Shown here in pieces: positions 50,101 to 62,100 of a DNA stretch of 64,000 nt. The DNA lies in assembly GCA_964252035.1 (NCBI GenBank), contig OZ176205.1; one strand, written 5' to 3'. This DNA comes from Podarcis erhardii. Taxonomy: Eukaryota. How positions within the stretch are numbered: position 1 is the first letter of the stretch; each line of letters begins with the position of its first letter. The translations under genes were made by a program, and so were the position numbers. The notes below the pieces were generated by a model. It made no database searches and was not told the DNA's origin. It saw only the letters and a program-made list of their open reading frames with translations.

Positions 50101-53100
50101 ATACATTCCCAAAGCTACCGAGTAAAGATATTTATAGATTCAGATATATTTTAAATTTATTTAACTGGTTAATGTTTATATTTTATTATGCTTGAAAATC
50201 TTGAAAACAATTTAAAAGAAAAAGCAACTGAATGTAGTAATAAAAAGTAACTAGGGATTCTATAGTGTTTTGAAATTGTATTGTGGCTTAAGCTTTTCAT
50301 TGTATGCCAAATAAATTTTTCAGGTCTTTAAGGCACCACAAGGCTTTGTTGGTTTTGCTGCAGCAAACTAGCATGGCTAAGTGCTTCACCTTTATCCAAA
50401 AGTTAGATTTCAAGCAACAGGATTAGGTAAGAGGAAATAATGGGTCCCAAGAAAGAATGTTGAGTCCTTTCTCTCTGGAGTAGCTCAGTTGGTTGGACCA
50501 TGGTGCTGATAACGCCAAGGTTGCAGGTTCGATCTCTGTATGGGACAGCTGCATTTTCCTCTGCATCGCAGGGGGTTGAACTAGATCATGGGTAGGCAAA
50601 CTAAGGCCCAGGGGCCGGATCCGGCCCAAGTGCCTTCTAAATCCGGCCCACGGATGGTGAGGGAATCAGTGTGTTTTTACATGAGTAGAATGTGTGCTTT
50701 TATTTAAAATGCATCTCTGGGTTATTTGTGGGGCATAGGAATTCGTTCTTCTTCTTCTTTTTCAAAATATAGTCCGGCCCCCCGCAAGGTCTGAGGGACA
50801 GTGAACCGGCCCCCTGCTGAAAAAGTTTGCTGACCCCTGAATTAGATGATCCTCAGGGTCCCTTCCAGCTCTACAATCCTAAGGTCCTATGAACACCTAT
50901 GTGCTATCTGTGGCAAAGCTCAGCATAATAAAACAAAGGTGGTCTTACTCCCCCCCCCCCCAGCAGAGAGTCACAATGCAGAGAATGGCGCCCATGCTTC
51001 TATGTCATTATACAGCTAAGAAACAGAGCCACTGTCTTCACAGATTGCTCTCAGCTACTACATTATGTTCTTGAGCACCCAAGCTTCTGAACAAGGCAGT
51101 TCACTAAGTTCATACAACTGCTCAAAGTAATTAGAGATCAACAAAAAATGGCAGAAATCTCTACTTACAGTGTTGCTTGGACCCTTGGCAGGAGTCCCAG
51201 CAGCCGCTTTCCTTGAGATTTTTGGAGTAGACCTCGCTTGCCTCTTAGGTGTACGGAGCACCTTGAAGTCTTCACCTTCATCATCGCTGCTACTTGAAGC
51301 AGAACTTTCCAAGGGGAAAATGTCATCCTCTTCCTCTTCATCCTTCTCAACTGTATTAAAAAAACTTAAGGCAAATGGATTTATCACCTCTTATGTCCTG
51401 TACACTAATGTGTTTTAAATAATTGCAAGTTCTTTGGTCGGACAGTATCAGCCGAACAAAAACTGAGGCGGCCGTGACAGTAAAGATCAATACGTTTATA
51501 ATGATGGTTCAGTTTTGAGAAACCAGAAGAAGAAGAAGAAGAGAAGAAGGGGGTGATAACATTAAGGTACACCCCATATGATGAAAATATACACTGTTGG
51601 TTCTTTTACTATGTCCACATCAGCTCTAGACAAGAAAACAGAAGCGACATGAAATTTCTCATGGCAGATCCCAAACTCTTGTTCTAGAAGTGAACTCTGT
51701 GTTATTGAAAAAAGCTACAAATGGCCATCTATTCAAAGATAGCTTAATGCAAGTGTGGGAAACTTTAGGCACCAAATGCAGCCCCTTCAGCTCTCTCTGA
51801 TCTGGTCCTCAGGGATTCTTCTTAGGCCACCCACCTCACCAGCCTTGCTCCACCCTCCTCAGGTGCTTTTGCCAGGTAGAATGTGCCCTTTAACTGTGAA
51901 AATGCTTCTTGATTGCCTGGATGAAGTATGGAGAGATGTGGGTGGGTGTAGAAACCTCTGACTTCTTTGTGGCCAGAATGTAACCTACTGTACAAAGGCA
52001 TGAGTCACAGCCGGTGCCCCGTGGCTGTGCCCCTTTTGCCTCTGGTCTTCCACCAACACTGGAAGGTAGCTATCGGAAGAGTCTCCATGAGGAAATGTGG
52101 CCTTTAGGTTAAAGCTGGGTTACCCTCCCTGGCTTAATACGTGTGTGTGTGTGCGTGTGTGCATACAAGTGCACGCAGAAACACTCAGACAATCCTTGCA
52201 CGTTCATTTCTGTAACAAAGCAGGCTCCCCTGGGCTGTGAACTGCCTGTAGCCAAACCGTCTGTAAAAAGAATACATTCTTACCTAAGGTGTTTTGCAAT
52301 GCGGGCAGAAGTCGCCTGCACACATTTCCTGCGTGAACGAGGAGTCAGCGCTGGGCTCACGACTTCTGGTTCTTCACCCAATCTGCAAGGGAAAATGGGA
52401 GGTTTTTCTGACTTCATCATAGTGATAAGACACTGTGCCTTGATTGACAGAAAGCACTAGCTTTCTGAGTTCCCATCAATTGTCACTTCAGCATCTTACT
52501 GTAAAGTTTAGCACCACAAAAAAGTCAGCTATAGAACGCACACAGTGAAGCCAATATTTCTTGCTATGAGCACTTCAGCTTAGGCATGTAGTCTAGAAAT
52601 CAGTTAACACTCAGTGATCTGGTTCACACATAATGACAAGCCAAACTATACTGGGGCCATGCAAATGTGCAGTTTGGACAACACACTAAGCCAAACACTG
52701 GCTTAGCTCAGCAAGGTGCAAGAGTAAAAAAAAACACTGGGGAGGAGCAAAGTCGCTGCAGACTCCCCTCCAGCAGCCTGCACATTTGTGCAGTGCTGCA
52801 AAAGCAGAGCTGGGCATACTGTGACGTGTGAACCCGGGCAGCATCTATATTGGCTGAAGGAGGGTCATCCATCCATGTTGCCGGTTACATGATACAGAAA
52901 TTACCAAACCTCTGTATACTATATTGTCCTAGATATGAATTTATACACATAATAAGTAGAACTGATGTAAAACTGCAGTGATATATTTTTAAGCCTTCTT
53001 AAAATTTCACTTGCTTAATAAAACAGAAGGGGATATTCCTTAGGGCAAACAAATAAAAGATCCACAAACACCTCTAAAGATCACCCACCTTGTCTTTGAA

Positions 53101-56100
53101 TTGACCTTAGGAATGGCTGCTTGGCTCTTTGAGACTCTGGATTCTTTGGCTGCCTTGCAAATCTTATCCTGTTTGTTTACATCATTTGAACTAACGGGAA
53201 AGAAAAACATAAAACATCCCTCTAAGAGATTTTTTGGGAAATAAATGTTAAAATTCATTTCAGTAAATTCTCCCTGGTTTTACCATAGGAAAACATATTG
53301 ATGATACTGCGATTTACATTTTTAAAAATTGTATCCCAACTCTGGGATCACTTTGCAATGAAGGATGGGTTAAAATATTTCAAAATAAATACCCACAAGC
53401 AGCCTGGCTCTTGAGAATAGCACCCTATACATCCTTTCCTGGAAGTATGTCTCAGTTGAATTCAGTGGACTTACTTCTTACTAGACTGTGTAGGGTTGCA
53501 CTGTCCATTTCCTAATTTTTCATCCTTACCTTTAATGCCTTTTAAATATTTTCTGAGTAGTTGCTTCAAGAAGGAAATAGTCAATGTGAGTAAAATATAC
53601 TTTACATATAAAACTATCAAAATACAGTCCTACCTTGGATCCCCAACACCTTGCAAATCGAATGTTTTAGCTCCCAAATGCTGCAAACCCAGATGTGAGT
53701 GTTCCGGTTTGCGAATGTTCTTTGGAAGCCGAATGTCTGACGGGGCTTCCGCAGCTTCCGATTGGCTGCAGGAGCTTCCTGCAGACAACTGAAAGCTGCG
53801 CCTTGGTTTCCGAACGTTTTGAAAGTCAAACGGACCTCCAGAACGGATTCTGTTTGACTTCCGAGGTACCACTCGGAAATACCTGTTTTCTGTAAGATGG
53901 AGAAGCAGAGTCTGGAGGGCTTTTTGACTTCAGAAAAATAAGTGATTTGGATTTCTCAGTATCGACTAGTCAGAATCACCTTGTACATGAGGATTTTTAA
54001 TTTTTCACTCTCTCTTTAAACAGCAGCCCCTTGTACCAGATCATAAACTAATATTGGAAAGCCCCAATTTCCAAAAGCATTTTGTCATGCAGCCCAGAGA
54101 GTTGCTCTACAAGATCTTCATCTTAGTCACTATGTATAACTGGTCCTCAGCCAGCATGGCTGATGGACAGGGAGGAGAGGAACTGTAGGCTACCCCTGTA
54201 GGGCAGGTGCTATTTGTATCTTAGATTTATTATTACTGCTAAAAATTAAACCTTTTTGAACGTTTATCGATCTGCTGCACAAACAAAAGCAAATTAATAT
54301 TAATGTTCTCAAGCAAAGGTATTCTACCTCAAGAATCTTTGTCTCCTATTTCAACAGAATTTTTTTGTTAGATTAGTGTATGTCACACAGATGGCCACAT
54401 TTAAGGGTTTGGGACAGAATGCTGACACTTGCAACTTACTCTGTGGCATTCCTTTTCACAGCAGAACTCCTGGCTTTCAAACTTGAAACTTGGTCACTCT
54501 GGCAAGGAGATGATAAGTTTTTGTTGGGTCTTTCAGACTTTCTTCCCAGTGGTTTGATGTCTAGGAAGAGGTCTCCCTCAGCAACAGCAGCACAGGGTAT
54601 TTTTGGAGGAGAACCTTTAATGCCAGTAAATGTCACTTTTCGTTTGACGGCAGATTGCTCCAGAGGCTCAAAGAAACCATAGTCTAGAAGCTCAATCATA
54701 TCTTGCTCTGCCAGCACTCTTCCAGGTTTTGTTGGACCTAAAATCCAAAAGTAGCAAAATGAGTAAGTTTTTAGCAAGGCAACAATCAGTTTAGAATTCA
54801 CATGTGCCAGATGGTCTAACAAAAGGTTTTCTTTTGGTTAAGAGAACTCAGTTAATGCAGAACAGAACTTTCAAACAGGTTGGCTGCAATATGGCTCAGA
54901 GTTCAACCACTTTTTTGCCTTTGGAAAACAAATAGGTTTGTGTGGTTTTTACTTAGCACACTTCATCCCACAGTTCCTAACAACGCAATCTCATTATTTA
55001 TGTTTCTATGTCCAGTACAATAAAGTGGCAGGACAGAATTCTATTCCCTCTCAATCACAAGCTTCCAAACCTTTATGGCAAAGCAACAGAAGCTCCACTG
55101 TTACCCCACAAAATCAAGATTGCTCTTCTATAAATGATATAAAACTGGGTGCTAAATAAGACATAATCCAACATGACACAGATTCCATGTCAGGTATTTG
55201 ATTAGCTTTATTTGCACTGAACACATACAACTGCGGTCATAAATTTGGAGACCACCACTATTGACATTATTCAACAGGGGCTCAAAACATTAGTTTTGAT
55301 TACAAATCTATGATTCACCACCACCACCACTTGAACAGGCATCCAAACTGAGGTAATATCAGTTGAACAGGAATTAACTGCTGGGTTCAATTCCCAAGAT
55401 GTGAAATGCAAGCTTTTTTTTACCCAGTTTTGGGCCATTTCCCCATCCCCATCCCACCTTCTGAAAGGTCCTCTCACATGCAATACATACCTTTCAGGGG
55501 ACATAAATCGGTAGCAGAAGTGAGCAGAAAACAGATGATTTACCCCTTGTCTGAGTACAGCACTGGCTATCACCTTTTGTTAACCATGGTTCCTACTATC
55601 AAATGTATTAGCTACTTGTGACAGAACACTTGTTTTCATGACTAAGGTCCAATCATGAACATGTCCAATTCAAGGATCACAGGTAGTCTGACTCACAGTA
55701 GCTTCCTCATCCAAAGACCTCATGACAGTATCTACACGATGGGTAGGCAAACTAAAGCCCAGGGGCCGGATCCGGCCCAATCGCCTTCTAAATCCGGCCC
55801 ACAGGTGGTCCGGGAATCAGTGTTTTTTTACATGAGTAGAAGGTGTGCTTTTATTTAAAATGCATCTCTGGGTTATTTGTGGGGCCTGCCTGGTGTTTTT
55901 ACATGAGTAGAATGTGTGCTTTTATTTAAAATGCATCTCTGAGTTATTTGTGGGGCCTGCCTGGTGTTTTTACATGAGTAGAATGTGTGCTTTTATTTAA
56001 AATGCATCTCTGGATTATTTGTGGGGCATAGGAATTCGTTCATTCCCCCCCCCCAAAAAAATAGTCCGGCCCCCCCACAAGGTCTGAGGGACAGTGGACC

Positions 56101-59100
56101 AGACCCCTGCTGAAAAAGTTTGCTGACCCCTGATCTACACTAAGCAGGAAAAAACCCCTACCATATCAGTTTCTCCCCCAAAAACTACCAAGCAGAACAA
56201 GAGAAATATTATACCATTTTACCACATTAATTCCTACTTTAGAATTGTTCAAGGGTATTTAGACTTATAATCTTTACATCACTATTCATAAAATTCTCTC
56301 TCTTCAGCCCTAGGTAAAACATTTGTCAGCTTCCAGAGCTAACAATGTTTTTGCAGGCAAAAATATGTGCAAGATCATTTGTGAACATACTATTCAGCTG
56401 CAGTTTTTTCTTTGCTCCTGGAATCTCAGTGCCAATGGCTAGTCTTTGGGAACATCTCTGCTTAGAGTGCGAGGATTTGGAGGCAGAATGTCTTGATTCT
56501 ACTTCCATCATGGCGGCGCTGCTTTTTCTTGTACTTCGAGTGACCTTTTCGGTTTCTACTTCCAGAGAGCAATTTCTGCGTGAAGGAGTCAGGTGGTGCA
56601 CGTTTGCAAAATCAGTGTTGTTGTTTTTCATTTTCACAGAGTCTTTCAACTCTGCCAGTAAGCTAAGAGGCAGTGGTTTAAACTTTTTTCCATCCCAAGA
56701 TTCTCTTACAAAGAAAATGTGTTCATCATTTGATAGGTCAGGCAATGCTTCCAATGTGGTCAGTGGAATAACCTAGAAAGGTAGCAAAATATCAGATGAT
56801 TATTTGCTCAAAAGAGTATATTCAAAGCTTAAGAACCGTGAAAATATGATGCAATCAATATAGCAAAACTTTCAATAGATCTTCAGTGCTTAATTTGTTC
56901 CGGAGGTCCGTTCTTAACCTGAAACTGTTCTTAACCTGAAGCACCACTTTAGCTAATGGGGCCTCCTGCTGCTGCCGCGCCGCCAGAGCACAATTTCTGT
57001 TCTCATCCTGAAGCAAAGTTCTTAACCCAAGGTACTATTTCTGGGTTAGTGGAGTCTGTAACCTGCAGCGTACGTAACCCGAGGTACCACTGTACTAAAC
57101 TTCTCCAGTTATTGTTTAAAGCATAACAATGACAAATGGAAAGCTTTCCCCACACACCTATTAACATTTTCTTACAATAACGTAAACTCCTATCCTTAGA
57201 ATTACCTTTCTGGTTTGAGTAATGGCACCAACTTGCAGTTTTCCTAGGACATAATTCTGTCTCTTACTATTGCTGAAAAACCCAAAGGCAGTGGTTCCCA
57301 GTCAGCTAAGTACTGCAGACACTCTGTTTTCCAAAAGCCAAGTCATGAAACCCCTACTTCTGAAAATACTGATATCTCTGTGGTAGTTTTTGCTATGTGA
57401 ATGGTGCCACCGTCCCTCCAATATGTCCCAGTGCAAAACCGGGCCACGTTCCCTTGTGAGTCACATGGTCCACACGAGCATGGCACACCAAAAAAGAATG
57501 TCCCCGACAGTTGACAGATATGTGCCACAGACCCCCAATTTGGAACCAGTGCTGTAAAGGGTGTATGTGTGGAGATTTCATGATGGAGGAACTGCCACGT
57601 TCTAAGCCTGCCAGCAAACAGGGGGCAGGGGGAACTTTTTCTTATTATTGTCTGCCGTTTTGCTTCCCACCTACCACTCCCATAAGCACCAATGGGGGAG
57701 CTTAGTATTCTGTGGCTCCAAGTATTATGTAATCTACTCCAGCACACACAGCTTTGGGACTATGGCCTTGCCAAAGTTAATCTAATTGCCATAGTTAATC
57801 TAATTAATCATGGTTAACCTAATTGCCCTGTATGGTATGTACTAGCTGTTTAGAAAACGAATACTGAACAAACCCAATGTGTTTGCATTTAGATGGCGAT
57901 TCATTTCCAAAGTTCAGCATATATTGCTGGTAAAGCAGTCTGCAGCACTTCAGTTCAAACAGCCTCACAAGTGAGATAGAAGCCTCTGCCTTCTTGCTAA
58001 GTGAAAGTGAATATTTTGGCTCATGGATTACTTGAACTTCTCCAAGAATACTGCACTGTAAGGTTATCAGCCAAACAAACACCATATAAGCATCCTGTGC
58101 CACAGCAGGGGACAATCAATATTTCCTGAAGCTGTAGGTAAGTCAAGCTGCAATGCCAATGGAAGACTATGAACTCCACTGGGATTCTTAGGCTCGTTTC
58201 TATGGCTTGCTGTGCCCAGATAGCAACTAAGCATCAACCCACACACTTGCTATTACAGAGGCGGCCAGCCTCAAAGATTAAACCCCTATGGATTCCCCCA
58301 CCCAAAAAAACTTTTCAATACTATAAATCTGCATTATAACATTTCAACATACTCCCAAGGAACTTCCTCCTCTCTTGCCTTCTAACACATTATGTACATA
58401 CTGTGACATTGCCAATGATATGTGTAACTGTTATGTCAGTATCCCGTTCAGGGTTTTCATTCAAAAATATCTCCTGTAGATCCTCTCTTCCCATGGATTT
58501 CCGTTGATTGAGAGGTATTTCTAGCAGGTGGGAGAACCACTCCACAACTGCACGCTTTTCATGAGTACCTGGAGTAAGTAAAAAAAAAACCCACACAATT
58601 CAGATCTGGGATGGCAAGAGCACTTGAAGCCTTTTAGCAGTATGATGCTTTCTTACGTTTCACTAAATTAAGGAGAAAGTCAACAGCAGCAGTCAAACTT
58701 GGTATTTTCAGGAAAGGCATTCAATATCAACTAGCCCCCACCCCCAGCAGCCTTTATGCAAGCCTTGTTAAAAGGGGGGCAGATAGACACATGGATTTTG
58801 GAATCCTGTTTGAAACTACCACCCATGTGGTCCCAAAGACACCCTCACACAATAAAACTCATAACAGGACAACACAAGAAATTTATTGGATAATAATATC
58901 AAAATGAATTAAAAATGTATATTAGGACTATTGTTGAACAATATTTGTAAATGAATGGGAAAAAATGAAGAAGAACAATTATATATAAAATGGACAAAGA
59001 CAATGCGAAAAGTTAAAGACGACATAAAAAAGCCAGAAGAAGGAAGGAGAGAAGTCAGCTCGGGAGAGCAAGAACAAATGTGAAACATAATGTATGTGTA

Positions 59101-62100
59101 TGTATAGTATGTAACTAAAAATTCAATAAAGATCATCTGGGGGGGGGAAAAAGACACCCTCACACAAAAGGATCTTAAGCTGAAGTCAAACTGACTGCTG
59201 TTCTGTCTGTGTGTATCTGAACCCTTCCAGTCTAGGAATGTGTACCCACACAAAGATTATAGAAAAATAAAGGATTTATTACAAAGGAACAGTCGTACCT
59301 CAGAAGTCGAATGCTTTGTGAGACGAATGTTTTGGCTCCCAAATGCCACAAACCCAGAAGTGATTGTTCCAGTTTGCGAACATTCTTTGGAACTTTTTGG
59401 AAGTCGAATGGACTTCCAGAATGGATTCCATTTGACTTCCGAAGTATGACTGTAGTTTTAACAATAAACCACAGCAGCATACATTTGCAGTACTGGGCAC
59501 ACATGTGAAAACAATATTCTAATGCAGGCATAGGCAAACTCGGCCCTCCAGATGTTTTGGGACTACAACTCCCATCAACCCTAACAGCACAAGTGGTCAG
59601 GGATGATGGGAATTGTAGTCTCAAAACATCTGGAGGGCCGAGTTTGCCTATGCCTGTTCTAATGCAAGCACATATCTAACTTACAGAAATAAGGGTTCTA
59701 AACTAAAAAAAGGGGGAGGGGGAATAGCTAGAGAAAATAGTTGCAAGTTTCTTCTCTTAGTGTCTGTTAAAGTGCTCCTGAAACATGTGAGCAGATGATA
59801 GAAGAGCTGGAACCCAGGCACTGAGCTCAGGGTTTTACACCTGAAATTATTCCAGGTATTTATTAAAACAGGATCACAGGGGGAGAGTTTCCCCCAAGTC
59901 TTAGGTTTGAAGTTCAGCAGTGAATTAAAGATGTTCTAGGAATGCACACAGAGGCTGCTCAGAGGGAGAGATAATCTTCAGTCTTGCAGATGATGCTCCT
60001 GGTCTTAAATAGACTTGAAGGAGATCCAGAAGTCTGTCTAGGTGAGTTGGCATAATGAAGGAGAAGAAGACCTGGGGGAATGGTCTTCCTGAGTGAATTA
60101 ACTTTGAGAACAATGACTATGATTACTGTAGTTAGTCAGGGATGACTGACCCAGGTGGTTGCCCTGGGGGAATGGCCTTCCTGAGTGCATTTACTTTTTG
60201 AGAACAATGACTATGGCTTGAGGATGTCTGTGCCACTGTTCTATCTATTTTACATTTGCAGCTCTTATCATATTCCCTGTTGGTTGAAAGAGCCTGTCTC
60301 CTGAGTCTGAAGCAGAGGCTTTGGGATATCATCCCACACCTGGTGCCTTTTGTTTAATAATAAGCTATACTACCATTATTGCAACCTGGCTTCCTAATGA
60401 CTTTCTAGATTCTCATGACTTCAAGCATAAAGAAATAAACTATAGGACTGTACATAAGGTCAAGACAAGAGGGTCACTTCCTATGGCCATCTACTATAGC
60501 CAAATCCATCTTTGGTTCACTCCTGAACTCAGCAGGGAGGCTAACATTGAAAGCTACAAAACTGATAATGCAAGTCAATCTACGAAAGCAACATAAGCCA
60601 TTTAAAACACATAAAGCTTTTTTAAAGCACACAATTTAAAATGCATTTTTGCAATATGGAACTGTGTTCCAATAAAGATTAATAACCAATATAACATTCA
60701 ACAGAAACTTCACAACCAAGGTTTCTTGATTTCTCATTCCCCTTGAAGGAATAATATATGGGTAGCAAATGTGGGTTCCTCTAGATGCTATTGGACTAGA
60801 ATTCCCATCATCTTTGACCACGAGCCATGCTGGCCAAGGTTGAGGGTGTCCAACATCATCTGGAGCACTGGCTAACCCTAGAGTAATACCTTGCAAAGAG
60901 TGAGTAAGTATTGCTACTGGCTATCTTGGAAAAAGCCAAAATCAGAAATCCAATATACATAAAAAGTGTATACCAACATATTTTTTAATAAGAGGAAACA
61001 TAATGAATATTTAATTATTAAGCCCCCAAATTAGCATATACTGTAGTTAACTCCTATAACATATTTATATTGCATGGGGCCCCGAATCCTTTCTACAGTA
61101 CCACAGATGTTAAGCTATAGCCCAAAAATACATATTTAACAAAAATTATGGTATCACAAAAGTTGCTTAGCTTCTCTATTCTTCTAATTGTTGTTTGATC
61201 AATTTTTTATAAAATAAATGTTGAATAGTGGTGTGACATCTTAATTAGAGCTAGAAAATAATAATAATAATAAACCACTTACCATCTTCATATAACTTTA
61301 AAAGTCTTGCGACAAGGAACTGATCCACATTCTCTCCTTCTATTAAAATAAACTCCCCTGGGAAAATACAGATCTCACTGACATTTTTCGATTTAACAGA
61401 TATCCCCCTAGGAGATGAAGGGTATAAATTGATTGCACATTCTTTACAGTTAAGGAACAACACTGAAGACTGACAGTTTAATGTGTAGTCATAACCATGT
61501 TGACTCAGAAATAAGTCTACCTGAATACAGTGGGGCTTTCTCCCAGGTAAATAGGGTTAGGATTTCAGCCTTAATCTTTACCTCTATTACCCCCCACCCC
61601 CAATTTACATTCCAGATCTACATCCTTCAGCTTTCAGAAGCTTCTTCTTCAAACAATTATACCCTTTCTTCCTTATTGCTTCTTATAATTGGAATTAGTT
61701 CACAAATCAACATAACACTGCTCCCTCTCTTTCAAACTCTCCTCAGAAGAACAAACTTTTTCATAAAGTCTGGATTTAGCCATAGCCCTCACTCCCTAAA
61801 TATGTAGTACTTCCTCCCCAGTTACTCACACTTCCTTCTTCCTCCCTTCTATCTACTATATCCACTCAGTCAAATTTAAGACTGTAAGCTCCTCAGGGCA
61901 GGGGCCTGTTTTTCTTACTTTGCAAACTGCACGCACACCGATGGTGCTACATAAGCACATTCCACTAATAATAATTACAACAGTATTGTTACATAATCAC
62001 CTTTTAGTACTCCATTAATAATGAAAGCCACTCAGCCTTATGCAAAACATAATTTCCAAGATTGCAAGTTTATGCTACATTTATACACTGGCCTCAAGCC

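Noticed and set aside
50477-50550. tRNA gene
   Set aside because: Boxes A and B are present, but there is no acceptor stem and it continues into a CR1-like tail, so it is a SINE head.
51365-51375. U12-type intron (CCTTAA resembles the minor branch site)
   Set aside because: The upstream donor is GTAAGA, a U2-type site, not RTATCCTT.
51835-51900. Additional ORC1 exon (TTTTCACAG ... GAG|GTGGGT)
   Set aside because: After a phase-2 donor it reads AGT then TAA; no homology, and not needed for the frame.
56345-56776. 143-aa plus-strand ORF (also 54380-54682 and 51170-51418)
   Set aside because: Antisense shadows of ORC1 exons.
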